From Mantamonas sphyraenae STR306 (Eukaryota; Protista; CRuMs): 64,000 nt of DNA. Shown in pieces: positions 41,903-56,900 of this stretch. The notes below the pieces were generated by a model. The model had not been told where the DNA came from, made no database searches, and worked only from the letters and a program-made list of their open reading frames with translations. The position numbers were made by a program, and so were the translations under genes. Each line of letters starts with the position of its first letter. The first letter of the stretch is position 1. The stretch covers positions 26,381 through 90,380 of the forward strand of contig JAPMXV010000028.1 in the NCBI GenBank assembly GCA_026936335.1, written 5' to 3'.

Positions 41903-44900
41903 TCACTTCTTTGGCGGCGGCGGAAGCTTCATGCCGGGTTTGGGCAACGCAGGCAGCGTACCCTTGGCCGGAGCCGCGGGCAGGGAGCGAGAAGGCGCTG
42001 AGGGCAGCGTCGGCAGCTTGCCTCCCGGAGGCGGCGGAAGTGCAGGCTTCTTGGCGCTTGCCTGCACCTTCACTGTGTTCTCCTCCTCCTGCTCTTCTTC
42101 TTCCTCCTCTCCCTCACTCGGCGCTTGCTCCACGGCAGTGCCTTCCTCCTCTTGGCTTTCAGACGTGGTTGTGGTCGTCGTCGTCGTCGTCGTCGTCTTC
42201 TGCTTTGGCATCGACTGTTCCTCCTCGCTGATGTCGCTCAGCACCTCGTCGTGCTCGTCCTCCTCCTCTTCATGCACACTCGGCACCTTGCCTGGCAGCG
42301 GCAATGCGCTCAGCAGCGCCGCCTGCTTCTTGGGTGTGCCCGAACGACGTCCACCCGTCGGCTTCTTCAGCGGCGGCGGCAACGTCATGCGGTTGCTGCT
42401 GTCTGCACGCTTCAGCTTGCCTGGCAATGCAGGCAATTGGCCCTTCACAGACGCGCTGCGGTTGCTGCTTGCACTGTTGCGTCCACCTGCGCCCATGCTG
42501 CGCTGTCGTCACTCGCGGCACTCTCGGATCGTGCAGGCGAAGACTTGCCAGAGAGCATCTTCGGGGGCGGGCGCAGGGGCTTCAGCGGACTCATGTGTCC
42601 AGCAGAACCCTGGGCATGACCACGCTTCGCTCCAGGCGCAGGTGGCAGTCCCGTTGCAGGCAGTGCCGGCAATCCCTTCGCCTTCAGACCCACACTTGGC
42701 ATGCGCGTCGTCGGGCGGCGTGCCGGAAGGTCATCCGATCCACTGCTGCCTCCACCAATGTCCATTCCGAGCGCACTCGGCGACATGAGTCCCTGGCTGC
42801 CCACACGTCCTCGGCCAGGAGACGCACCATGCTGTCGATTGCGTGGTCGAGGCACAGGCAGCTCACCGGCGCTCGACATAGCACTCAAGTCGGCAACCCT
42901 CTGGTTGCCCTTCTCCTTGTTGCTCTTGTTCGAACCCTTTTCTTCAAACAAACTGGACTCTTCCGCAGACTTGCCCTTGGCTCCTCCAGCCTGCCCACCA
43001 GCGTTCAGTTGGCGGCGCAGGCCAGGGTTGCGCAGGCCAGGGTTGCGAGACATGCCTCGCAGCTGCGGCAACGAAGGAACGGCGCCTGTTGCACGCAGCT
43101 CCTTGTCGTCCGCCGCTGCAAGATGCTGCTGGTACCTGATCGCTGCCTCGTCGTCGTCGTCATCGTCATATCCTCCCAGAGCAGGCAAAACTGGGATTCG
43201 CGGCAGATCTTGGTGCATATCACCATCCAGAGAATCCATGCCCTCGCTCACCTGTCCCACAGGACGCAGCTTGCGACGGCCACGGCGTCCACCTGGTGTG
43301 CCCATGCCCATCAGTTGCGGCAAGTCCAGGTCCTCTTCGCCTTCTTCTTCCTCTTCCATCACGTCCTCCTCAAGCTCAGACTCTTCCTCGCCACTCTCGC
43401 CACTCTCCAGATCGTCTTCACCCTTCTCCGTGGGTTTCTCCACCCATGCATCTGTCGGTGGCTTGATCAAAAGGTCTTCCGGCGCGACCTTGTTCTTGCC
43501 CACGTGCTGCTGTGCCGCCGATCGCTTGAACAGCCACCAGTACACCAGCCAGTACACAAGCACCTCGCAGATCACCAACACAGCCACCCACCACAGCACA
43601 CACATGAAACACAGCACGCACACGCCTGTGGCAAGTGCCAGTTCCAGCAACCAGCCCAGGCGTTCGTTGCGACGCATCTTGGCAGGCGTCCAACCGCCCG
43701 TGAGCATCGTCACCGCTCCCGACTCGTCGCCCTTCAGCTTGCCACTGATCACATTGCCCGCAGGATCCACCGCAAGCGGCTCCACCCTGCTCAATTGTTC
43801 CATATGGCGCTTGAAGTTGCGAGCCCAGTTGTAGCCCACAATCTCCATCACAAGCAGAAGCAACGACAGCACAATGGCCAGTGCCCACAGTTCCGTCGCA
43901 CAATCACCAGGCACAATCGGTGCATTGGTGCCAAAGTTGCCCTGCAGCGGTGTCGAAGTGCACTGCGAGAACAGCGACGTCTCCAACGCGTTGCGGATGC
44001 CCGTCGTCGTGCTCACCGTCCATGCACCCACCGTGGGAGGAGTGGCCACACCGGCCACATCCTTCAACGTAATCTCTAGCGTCTTGGCGTCCTTCCACAC
44101 ACCGGCATAGTCCGATGCCAGCGGCGAAGTGAAGCTCAAGATGCGTCGATTTCCGCCTTGGTGCTCACTGCAGGTTGGTTCGTCGCACCAGTGAACACCA
44201 CCGTCAACACATCGCCCACGCTGTACGTGTTGTCTCCGTTGTCCGGATCGCTCATGGTCACACTGGCGAAGCATGGGCCCGCCAGCTCGCCGAATGAGCC
44301 TCCCACCACGTACTGTCCGCGTGTGGGCCTCGATGTGCCAGCCGCATTGCGAATGTCGCCCACAAGATCGACCACGAGCTGCGCGGCTGTGTTGCGTGCA
44401 GACACGGAGCTGCTGCGTTGGCTGACCAACGAACCGGGGTTGCTGCCGCCGATGTTCGGCACAGCCACACCCGTAATGTCCAACAGAGTCACCTGCAGGC
44501 GCTTGTTGCCGTCCAACCACTCGCCAGCATAGTCGACACCAATGGGTGCGTTGAAGGACAACAGTGCATCCACCTGGGCTTTGGTGTTGGCCGGCGGCGC
44601 GTTGGTTGCCGTCAGGAAGATGACCTCAAAGACGTCGCCTACGCTGTACACTGCATCGGCATCGTCTGGATCACGGAAGCGCACTGTCTGCACAATCGGA
44701 CCCTGCAGAGTGCCCCAGTCGCCCACTGACGACGGCGACACGGCACCCGTCGCAGATCCAGACGTGCCGTCCGCCGTCTTGATCGGACCAATGATCGTTA
44801 CCGTCACATTGGCGTCCAAATCCAAGGCTTGAGTCGGATTCACACTCACAATCGTAATCACCAGCACCGAGTTGTTCCTCCACACACCCGTGTAATCCGT

Positions 44901-47900
44901 GCCCAATGGCACAGAGCTGCTGATCAGCGCGTCAATGTCCGTCTTTGTCGCAGCGGTGGCATATTCGTTGGTCTGTCAAAGAAGAGTGTCACCGTATCGC
45001 CCGCACTGTGAACTCCGTCGCTGTTGTCCGGATCCTCTACCAGCACAGAGTACACACGTGGTGCTTCTGGCGGCGTCCAACCCACAATGTTACCCACGTC
45101 CGGCAATCCACTGCCGATGTCCGCAGGAATCACCTCCAGGAAAGACAACTCCAAAGCGGTGCCATTGATCCAGGTACCGTTGTACGTCAGGTTCGCAAGC
45201 CAGGGCATAGGGTAGAACGCGTTGATCTGTGCCTTTGTGGCCACTGGCGGCTGGCGTGTGTCCTGGGTCCAGTGCACCAAGATCGTGTACGCATCCACCG
45301 TCTCGATCAGACGGATGTGCGGGTCGTATGTGCCGTACGTGCCTGCAGCGCCTGTGCGGGAAGCCACAGACACCAGCGAAAAGAGCCCAGCGTTCTTCAG
45401 ACCCGCTGCCTGGCGCACGCTCACCGTCAGATTGCTCAACACAGGCACGGTCACCCCGGTGCCATTGGTGATGGTGATGCGCACTGTCGACGCGTTCACC
45501 CAAGTGCCGCTGTACTCAAGGCCAATGGGTGCGCTGAATGCAAACACCGCATCGACGCCGGCCTTGCCTGTGCCCAGAGATGGCTGGTTGGTGGCCTCTG
45601 CAAAACGGATCCACACTTGGTCGCCAGAGTCCACCACAATGTCATCGTCCAGGGGATCGACCACCAACACCTGCTGGATGGCCGGACCTGCAAGCAGACC
45701 GTAGTTGCCCACCACCGTCTTGGTGGCACGCGACACGAGCGTGGTCGAGGCCGCGTTGCGCAGGTTGCCCACCACGGTCACGTTGAACGCACCCAGGGTG
45801 GGACCCGTGGCAGCCGGTGTCACCACGCGGATCTCTGCACACGAGGCGTTGTACCACACGCCAGCGTAATCCAGGGCAAACACAGCATCAAAGGCAAACA
45901 CCTGATCCACCTGTGTCTTGTTGCTGCCCAGCGTCGGCTGGTTCGTGGTTTCGTTGAAGCACACTCGCAACACATCGCCGGCATCGTACAGAGCGTCGTC
46001 GTCTGTTGGATCACGCACCACAGCACTTACAATGTGCGGGCCCTTGGGCAAGTGGCGCACAAACACACTCGCCTGTCCCATGCCCACGTCTGTGCCATCG
46101 TCCAGCGAGTACAGCCATGTGTCCACACGGTTGTCCAACTCGCCACCCAACGGCTCGTAGATGACCTGGAACGCCGCGTTGGCCACCGTCACGTTGGTGC
46201 TCACAATCGCTGCGCCCTTGGTCACCCCATCCGCCGTTTGGTACAGCGTACCCACTGTGGGCAAGCTCACAATGCGCGACACAAGCGCACTGCCTTCCAC
46301 GTCGCTGCCACCCAGGCTCACTGTGATGGCTGTGTCCTCGCTGGTGCTCACGCTTGTGTTGCTGGCCAGCGGAACGTCGTTCACAGACACCACCGTGATG
46401 GCCACCACACGCACGGCCGTGGTTGCTGTACCACTGCCTGTGTTGCCCTGGTCGTTGACACTCACAGTCAGTGTGTCGCCACCAAAGTAGTGTGCGTTGG
46501 GCGTGTACGTCAGACTCGCCAGCGCAGCGTTCACCTGCGTCAGCGTGCCCGTAAACGCCACTCCCGTCGCAGGCGTCGAACCAGACCCAATCACAAAGGT
46601 CAAACCCGTGGTTGTGGCCATCAACATGCGACCATTGTTCACAGCCAGACCCACGCGCAGATCGCCCGTCAGCGAATCCACATCGCTCACACTCAGACCA
46701 GCCACATTCAACGTCACATCCTCCGACGTGGTCTGTGTGCTCGGCGCCTGCAGCACCACCTGGTCATTGACTGCGTTCACCGTGATGGGTGTGCTTGCCG
46801 AAGCCGTCTGTGCACCACCCACGCCAGTCCAACCCAGGTCGCTCACACGCACCTCCAGCGTGTCAGCGCCGTTCGTGTGCAGGTCGCCATGGTACACAAT
46901 GTTGGCCACAGCCGCACTCAACACACCCAGGGTGCCTCGCATCTGCATGTGTGCCGATGCGTTGTGTGCGCCGCTCACAAACGCCACTCCGGCGTGTGCA
47001 GGCAGCGTCAACACGCCACGCGACACGGTCAGGTTGACTTCCATCACGTTGGTGCCACCCACGTCCACGTCGCTCAGGCTCAGGCCGGAAATGGTCAGAT
47101 CGGTGTCTTCGTTCACACTCTGGGCACCCGGGGCACTGACAGTCGGTGCATCATTCACAGCCTGCACCGTCACATTGACGACGCCAGTTGTCTGCAGCGC
47201 ACCACCCACGCCTGTGTTGCCCAAATCGTTCACACGCACCATCACCGCATCCACGCCGTTGTAGTGCTGTGTGCCACGGTAAACCACCGCATTCAATGCA
47301 GCATTCGCGTCGGTCAGCGTGGAACGGAAGCGAATCGTCGGATCGGCCACGCCATCGCCCACCAGAGCAGACAGGCCAGAGACGGATGACAACCACAGGT
47401 TGCCCTGGGTCACACTGAGTTCCACCTCCACCATGGCCGCAGCCACATCCACATCGCTCACAGAAATCGAAGCCAGGGTCACGTCCGTGTCTTCCGACAC
47501 GGCCACCGCAGAGCCCAACTGCAGCACAGGTGCATCGTTGACAGCCTCCACGACGATGGCCAAGGAATCAAAGGCCACGCCCTCACCCCCAGAGCCCACG
47601 TGGCCCTGGTCACTCAGGCGCACCTCCAAGGCATCGTTTCCAGCAAAGTGCAACGCACCCTGGTACACAATCGTGTCCACCGCACCTTGCAAACTCGTGA
47701 GCGTGCCCGTCATCACCACCGAGGCCACATTGCTGGCTCCACCCGCGCTCACAAGCGTCACCCCTGTCGTGGTCGGCAGGCTGATCACACCCTGTGACAC
47801 ACTCAGGTTCAGGTGCAGCGCATTCGCTGCCACATCCACATCGGAAATGTTGATGGCATGGCTCAGCGTCAGCAATGTGTCCTCACTCACCGCAAACGTG

Positions 47901-50900
47901 GCATTGGCCACCCTCAACGTCGGCGCGTCGTTGATGGCCGCCACGGTGATTGTACTGGACACACTTGCTCCCTTGGCACCACCAGTGCCCGTGTGTCCGT
48001 TGTCGCTCACACTCAGACTCAGCGTATCCGTGCCAACAAAATGCAGCGCACCGCGGTAGCGCATGCCATTCAAGGCCACGTTCAGGGCCGTGCGCGTGCC
48101 GCTCATGCGCAGCACCGCCTCGTTGCCCAGTCCCGTGCCCGTGGTGAAGGTCAACCCGGCCACACTGTTCAGCGACAGCGTGCCTGCCGTCACACTCATG
48201 TTCAGCGACATGGTGTTCGCACCCACGTCCACATCCGTGACGTACACACCCGTCACCACCAGATCCGTGTCCTCGTCCACAGTCAGAGTAGGCGCAAGGC
48301 TGGCAATGAGTGGTGCGTCGTTTACACCGCTCACTGTCAGTGCCACCGTCGCTTGCGTCTGCAACGACGTGCCAACACCTGTGTGGCCGTTGTCGGACAC
48401 CCACACCTTCAGGCTGTCACTTCCCGAAAATGTGTGCGGGATTGATACACCAACCCGGGCGTCGTCAGCGCCGCATTCACACTCGTCAGTGTACCCGAGA
48501 ACACCATCTGCGTGTTGTTGATACCGTTGCCCACGTTGAAACTGAGACCAGCGGTCGAACCCAGCCACAGACTGCCCTCCGTCACACTCACGTTGACGGT
48601 CAGCGCACCTGCAGCCACATCCACGTCGCTCACACTCACTGACGTCACCGTCAGCTGTGCGTCCTCGCCCACTGCCAGAGCACTGGGTGCGGCAATGACC
48701 GGCGCGTCGTTCACAGCCTCCACGGACACTGTTACTTGGGCGCTGTGCGTCCGTTCACCACCTGCCCCGATGCCGCCGTTGTCCGAAACCCACAGCGAGA
48801 TGCTATCGGCGCCAAACACGTGCTGATTGCCGCGATACACAAAGTTGTTCAGCGCCGCATTCAGCGCTGTCAATGTACCCGTCACCTCCGTGCGCGCGTT
48901 GAACATGCCCGACACACCCGTGTGCACTGTCAGACCAGCATAGCTGGCAAACTGCACGACACCGATGGAGCATGACACGTTCAGGGACATTGCAACACTG
49001 TCAACATCCACGTCCGTCACAGTCACACCGCCCACAGTCAGCTGCGTGTCCTCACTCACCGCAAACGACGTAGTGGCAACCACAAAGAAGGGCGCGTCGT
49101 TCACAGCACCGACCAGCAGACCCACCGAAGCGGCATGTGTTTGCACACCGCCAACTCCAGACGCACCGTTGTCGCTCACATTCAACGACAACACGTCCAA
49201 GCCCACAAAGTCGGCGTCTCCACGGTACACCAACCCACCCAGGGCGTTGTTCAGGGCAGTCAATGTGCCCTGCATCGCCATCGATGTGTCCGCCGTGCCG
49301 TTTCCTGACGAGAACGTCAGGCCACTCGTCGACACCAACCACAGTCGGCCACGGGTCACACCCAGGTCCAAACGCATGGTGGCCGAACCAACGTCCACAT
49401 CGCTCACACTCAGGCCAACCACAGTGTACTGCGTCTCCTCAGCCACGCTCGCGTTGCCTGCAGGCACAGTCAACACAGGCGCGTCGTTCACAGCTTCCAC
49501 CGCGATACTCACCGTCTTGTTCACAGCCAGAGCTCCACCCGACCCAAAGTTGCCCAGATCAGACACCCACACAAGCAGGGCATCTGTACCCTCAAAGTGC
49601 AGGTTTCCTCGGTACGACACCGAGCTCAGAGCTGCGTTCACCCGCGTCAGGTCCGCTGTGAACACCATGGCTGGATCGGCAGAACCATCGCCCAGGGCAA
49701 ACGTAAGCCCTGTCGTGGTCCCCAGGGACAACGTGCCGAATTGAACACTGACATTGGCCATCATGGTCTGATTGGCCACATCCACGTCCGCCACCGTCAT
49801 CGCAGGCACGGTCAGGATCATGTCCTCGCTCACAGCCTGTGGGCCAGGCACACTCAGTTGCAACACGTCGTTCACGGCATTGACGACAATGTCCACGCCC
49901 TGTTGGTCCGTGCGCACACCACCTGCACCCACATTGCCCTCGTCGCTGATGCTAAGCACCAGACGGTCGTTGCCAAAGTAGTTGCTGTCAGGGCGGTACA
50001 GCATTGTGTTCACCGCACTGTTCACCGAGGTCAGGTTTCCACGGACAACCACGTAGCTGCTGCCCTGTACACCGTCGCTCACGACCACTCCCGCAGTCGA
50101 ACCGAACCAAATCACACCGCGGCTCACGTTAGCAGCAAGTGTCATCAGTCCAGAGGCTGCGTCGACGTCCAACACGCCGAAGCCGGTCATAGTCAACGTC
50201 GTGTCTTCGTCCACATTCTGGGCGGCAATCACACTCAGCACAGGACCGTCGTTCACTGCCGTCACAGTGATGACCGTCTGCCTGCTATCGCGCAACACAG
50301 GACCGACACCCACGTTGCCATTGTCGCTCACATTTGCCACCAGCGTATCCACACCAAAGAAGTCCTGGTTGCCCCGATACACCACTGCGGCCAATGCAGC
50401 GTTCGCCGCCGTCACAGTGCCGTTGAACTCCATAACGGCATCCTGGGCACCGTCGCCCACACCAAACACCAGCGAAGTGGTAATGGGGAGCGTCAGGCGA
50501 CCCTGACTCACGGCAAGACGCACCGTAAGCGGCTGCGTGTTGGAATCCACATCCGACACAGACACACCGCTCACCGTCAGATCCACATCCTCGGCCACCG
50601 TCGCCTGACTAGGAGCAGCCATCGACGGCCCATCATTGATGGCAACCACCGTCACACCCACCGTGTGGTTCACAGACAGCGGTCCACCGATGCCGGCGGA
50701 GCCTAGATCTGACACAGACACAGAAACAGTAGCCGCTCCGTTGAAGTGCGTCGACCCAAGGAACACCACCTGCGCCATTGCTGCATTCACACTGGTCAGA
50801 GTGCCACGTGCACGCAGACCGGCATCCGATGTTCCATCACCGACAGTGAAGGTCAAACCCGCGGTGCTTACCAGGCTTACCACACCGTTCGTAGCCGTCA

Positions 50901-53900
50901 CCTCCATCTCCAGCTGTGCAGCTGCCACGTCTACATCACTCACAGCAAGCCCACTCAGAGTCAGCTCCGTGTCTTCGGACACAGAAGCATCGGAAGGCAC
51001 CGTGACAAACACCGGTCCATCGTTCACGGCAGACACCGTGATGGGCACGCTCTTCGAGTCACTCAGCACACCACCGGCACCAACACCTCCCAGATCGCTA
51101 ACCGACACCACCAAGGCGTCTCCGCCATTGTAGTGCAAAGCGCCACGGTACACAAGCGCGCTCAGAGCTGCGTTCACTGCGGTCAAATTACCGCGCACAC
51201 GCATCGAGGCATCCGCAACACCGTCGCCGACCAGGAATGCAAGCTGCGACACGGGAGGCGCCACACTCAGTACGCCCTGGCTCACACTGACGTTGACCTC
51301 AAGCTGATTCGCGGCAACGTCGACATCCGAAATGCTCAACGAACCGATAGTCAAGTCAGTGTCTTCCAGAACCGCAAGGCTGCTCGGCACACTCCACACT
51401 GGTGCGTCGTTCACAGCATCCACTGTCAGCGCAATCGATCCCAAAGTCTGCCTGATGCCTCCAGAGCCCGTGTTGCCCTGGTCATCCACAACGATGGACA
51501 CCGTGTCTGCCCCGTTGAAGTGCAGCACACCTTGGTACACAAGACCCGGTGAACTGAGGGCTGCGTTCACAGCAGTCCTCGTGCCTGAGAACACCATGCG
51601 CTGCTCCGATGTCGAACTGCCCAGAGTAAACGACAAACCGGTCGACGAGCCGAGAGACATCACACCGCTCGTCACGGTGAGGTTCACTCGCACATTGCCA
51701 GCTGCCACATCGACGTCGCTCACGCTCAATCCTGTGATTGTAACCGGCGTGTCCTCACTCACGCTCGCTGCACTGGGCGCAGTCAGCACAGGTGCATCGT
51801 TCACGGCAAGCACGTTCACAATCTGGATCTTGAACGTCTCCGTCACCGTGCCGTTCGCACTGCCGAAGCCCTGATCAGACGCCCACACACGCAGCAGCTC
51901 AGCACCATTCCAGTGCTGCGCACCGCGATACACAAGGCCGTTCAGCGCCGCGTTGATTGCCGTCAGGTTGCCCGAGAAGCGCACATCCGCGTCCGCCGCA
52001 CCGTCACCCTGCGTAAACGTCAACCCTGCAGTGTTGCCAAGGCTCACAAGGCCCTCTGTCACCGTCACGTTCACAAGCATCGCGTCGCTTCCAATGTCCT
52101 CATCAGAGATGCTGATGCCATACATGGTCAGGTCCGTGTCCTCGTTCACGCTCTGCGTGTCCAGCACCGTAATGTTCACCTTGTCGTTCACCGGGTTGAC
52201 AAAGATGGTTGTGGACGCAAAAGCCTGAAGTGCACCACCGACGCCAACATGTCCTTGGTCATCGATGCCAACTGACACATAGTCAAACCCGTTGAAGTTG
52301 AGGTTGCCCTGGTACTGCAGCGTCGCCAACGCACTGTTCACACTCGTCAGCGTGCCTGTAAACGCGAGGTACGCCGACCCTGTGGTGGCATTCCCTGCAA
52401 CAAAGGTAAGACCACTGGTAACAGACATCGAAACAGCACCATTTCCAGCAGATGCGTTGACCAACACACTGTTTGCAACCGCGTCAACATCCGAAACAGC
52501 GAAACCAGGAACAGAGGTGCTCACGTCCTCATCCGTGTTAACAGCAATACCGGCAACGACCACAGGTGCGTCGTTCACAGCATTCACAGTCACAGACACA
52601 TTGGCCGCATCGCTCAGAGCACCACCAATGCCCACGGCTCCCTGGTCGTTCACAGTAACCAGCACCGTGTCCGCTCCGTTGTAGTGCGTGTTACCACGGT
52701 ACACCACACTGCTCATCGCCGTGTTGATGTTCGTCAGGCTGCCTCGGAAGCGCATCACGGCGTTCAGCGACGGACCGCCCGTCACAAACGTCAGGCCCGT
52801 CGTCGTGCCGCCAAGCGTCAGAACACCGCTGCTCACCTGCAGATCAACCACAAGTTCGTTCGCAGCCACGTCCACATCGCTCACGCTGATGCCACCGAGC
52901 GCAATGTCTGTGTCCTCCATGCCGCTCTGCGCACTCGGCACACTCAGAACAGGCGCGTCGTTCACACCTGCCACAGTCACCGCAATGCTCTGTGCATCGC
53001 CCAAAGCACCACCCGACCCGGTGTTGCCCAGATCGTTCACTGCAATCGCAACGCTGTCGGCACCCACAAAGTGCAGGTTGCCCTGGTACACCATCTCGGA
53101 CAGCGCCGCATTCACAGACGTCAGGTTGCCGACCACACGCAGGCTGGCATCACCGCTGCCACTGCCTGCTTCCACTCCAAGGCCGGCCAGGGACTTCAAC
53201 CACACACGACCCGAAGCCACACTCACGTTGACTTGCAGCAGCCCTGCACCCACGTCGACGTCGGTCACCGACACACCCGTGATCGTCAACTGAACGTCCT
53301 CGTTCACGTTCTGTCCACCGGGCACAGTCAGCACAGGCGCGTCGTTCACCGCACTCACACTCACACCAATCGTGCGCGTGTCGCCCAGTGCTCCACCCGT
53401 GCCACTTGCTCCCTGGTCGTTCACTGTCACCGTGATCGTGTCTCCTCCATTGTACTGCGCGTCTCCACGGTACACAATGTTGTTCAGCGCCGCGTTTGCG
53501 TTTGTCAGCGTCGCCACAAAGCGCACATCCTTCGTGCCCGATGCTGCTCCGTCCACAATCGTCACGCCGCCCATGCTGCCCAGTGTCACCACACCCTGGC
53601 TTGCGCTCACGTTCACCAGCAGCAGACTGCCCGCAATGTCCACATCGCTCACGCTGATGCCACCAATCGTCAGATCCGTGTCCTCAACGCCGCTCTGTCC
53701 ACTCGGCACACTCAGCACAGGCGCGTCGTTCACGCTCAGCACAGTCACAACAATGCTGCCACTGTCTCCAAGCACTCCGCCACTGCCCGTGTTGCCACCG
53801 TCGTTCACGCTCAGCACAATGCTGTCCACTCCGTTGAACGCACTGTCCGGCATGTACACAATAGTCGCCAGCGCGTTGTTCACATCCGTCACGCTGCCGC

Positions 53901-56900
53901 TGAACTCCACCCGCCCGTCGCTGCTGCCGTTGCCTGCACTGAACACAAGGCCGTTCGTGCTCGCCAGCCACACTCGGCCAGCACTCACACTCACGTTCAC
54001 GTTCATCGCTCCGCCCGCAACGTCCACGTCCGCCACACTCACGCCGCTCACTGTCAGCGCAGTGTCCTCGGCCGTGCTCTGTGCCCCAGGCACACTCAGC
54101 ACAGGTGCGTCGTTCACAGCCACCACGTTGATCACAAGCGTCTTGTTCGACACCTGCTCACCACCGCTGCCGACTGCTCCCTGGTCAGACACCCACACAA
54201 CAAGCCCGTCTGCTCCGTTGTACTGTGTCACTCCACGGTACACCATGTTCGACAGTGCTGCGTTCACAGCCGTGATCGACCCGTCAAACACAATCCACGT
54301 GTCGTTCACTCCGTCGCCACTGCCAAACGTCAGACCCGTCGTGCTGCCCAGCCACAGGCTGCCTGCGCTCACACTCACGTTCACTCGGAACGCAAATCCG
54401 GCCACGTCCACATCGCTCACGCTGATGCCACCAATCGTCAGATCCGTGTCCTCAGCCACACTCTGTGCACTCGGCAGAGTGATCACCAGCGCGTCGTTCA
54501 CACCATTCACAGTGATCGCCACACTCTGGCTGTCTGTCTGCTCACCGCCGGCTCCCGTGTTGCCCTTGTCGCGCACGCTCAGTTCGAGCGAGTCGCTGCC
54601 AAAGAAGTGCAGGTCGCCGTGGTACACCACCTGCCCGATGGCCGCGTTCAGCGCCGTCACCGTGCCGTTCAGCACCAGACTGCGTCCTCCGTTGCTTGTG
54701 CCAGACACAAACGTCACGCCGCCTGCGTTCACGCTCGTCAGCACACCATGCGTCACCGTCAAGTTCATCTCCATGGACTCTCCGCCCACGTCAATGTCCG
54801 TCACAGTGATGCCTGCAATCGTCAGATCCGTGTCCTCGTCCACGTTCACTCCACCCACAGGTGTGATGGCAGGGCGGTCGTTCACCTGCGTCACCGTGAT
54901 GCCCACGCTGCCGCTGTCTGTCAACTCTCCGCCCACACCCACGTTGCCCAGGTCACTCACGCGCACCACAAGCGTGTCTGCGCCGTTGTAATCCTGTGCC
55001 CCGCGGTACACCAGCACACCCAGTGCCGTCTGCACCTGGGTCAGCGTGCCCGTGAAGCTCATCGTCGCGTCCGACGCACCGTCGCCCACACTGAATGTCA
55101 GGCCCGTCGTCGTCACTGCGGTCACCACACCCTGGCTCACGCTCACGTTCGCCTGGAATGCGTTGCCTGCAACGTCCACGTCCGTCACGCTGATGCCGTT
55201 GATCGTCAGATCCACGTCCTCAGCCACACTCTGTGCAGACACAACACTCAGCACAGGGCCGTCGTTCACAGCCACAACCGTGATCGCCACGTTTGCGACG
55301 TCCGACTGCACACCTCCCAGACCACTGTTACCAAGATCGTCCACCCGAACAACAAGGGTGTCCGCCCCGTTGTAGTGCGTGTTGGCGCGATACACCACAG
55401 TCAACACCGCCGCATTCAGCGCAGTCACGTTGCCTTGCATATTCACAGACCCATCAGCAATACCATCGCCAGAGCTGAAATACACCCCCGAGACAGATGC
55501 ACCCGGAAGGGTAAGCACGCCCTGAGACACACTCAAGTTGAGTCGCATGTCACCAGCACCGACGTCCGAGTCAGCCAGCGACAAACCAGTCAGCGTCAGA
55601 TCAGCGTCTTCGTTCACAAGTGCACTCGACACCACGGTAATCACAGGCGCATCGTTCACCTCGGCCACAGTCACCACAATCACGGCACTGTCACCCAGCG
55701 CTCCACCCGCGCCCGTGTTGCCCAGATCGTTCACACTCAACACCACGCTGTCCGTGCCCTGGAAGTTCGCGTTGCCACGATACACCAGGTTCGTCAGCGC
55801 TGCGTTCACGTTGGTCAACGTGCCCGTGAAGCGCACCGTTGCGTCGCTGCTGCCGTTGCCAGCACCAAACACAAGGCCGCTCGTGCTGCCCAGCCACATC
55901 TGACCAGACGTCACACTCACGTTCACGGCAACCATACCGGCTGCTGCGTCCACATCTGCCACGCTGATACCGCCGATCGTCAGGTCGGTCTCCTCGTTCA
56001 CGTTCTGTCCACCAGGCACAGTCAGCACAGGCGCGTCGTTCACCGCACTCACACTCACACCAATCGTGCGCGTGTCGCCCAGTGCTCCACCCGTGCCACT
56101 TGCTCCCTGGTCGTTCACTGTCACCGTGATCGTGTCTCCTCCATTGTACTGCGCGTCTCCACGGTACACAATGTTGTTCAGCGCCGCGTTTGCGTTTGTC
56201 AGCGTCGCCACAAAGCGCACATCCTTCGTGCCCGATGCTGCTCCGTCCACAATCGTCACGCCGCTCATGCTGCCCAGTGTCACCACACCCTGGCTTGCGC
56301 TCACGTTCACCAGCAGCAGACTGCCCGCAATGTCCACATCGCTCACGCTGATGCCACCAATCGTCAGATCCGTGTCCTCAACGCCGCTCTGTCCACTCGG
56401 CACACTCAGCACAGGCGCGTCGTTCACGCTCAGCACAGTCACAACAATGCTGCCACTGTCTCCAAGCACTCCGCCACTGCCCGTGTTGCCACCGTCGTTC
56501 ACGCTCACCACAATGCTGTCCACTCCGTTGAACGCACTGTCCGGCATGTACACAACTGTCGCCAGCGCGTTGTTCACATCCGTCACGCTGCCGCTGAACT
56601 CCACCCGCCCGTCGCTGCTGCCGTTGCCTGCACTGAACACAAGGCCGTTCGTGCTCGCCAGCCACACTCGGCCAGCACTCACACTCACGTTCACGTTCAT
56701 CGCTCCACCGGCAACGTCCACGTCCGCCACACTCACGCCGCTCACTGTCAGCGCAGTGTCCTCGGCCGTGCTCTGTGCCCCAGGCACACTCAGCACAGGT
56801 GCGTCGTTCACAGCCACCACGTTGATCACAAGCGTCTTGTTCGACACCTGCTCACCACCGCTGCCGACTGCTCCCTGGTCAGACACCCACACAACAAGCC

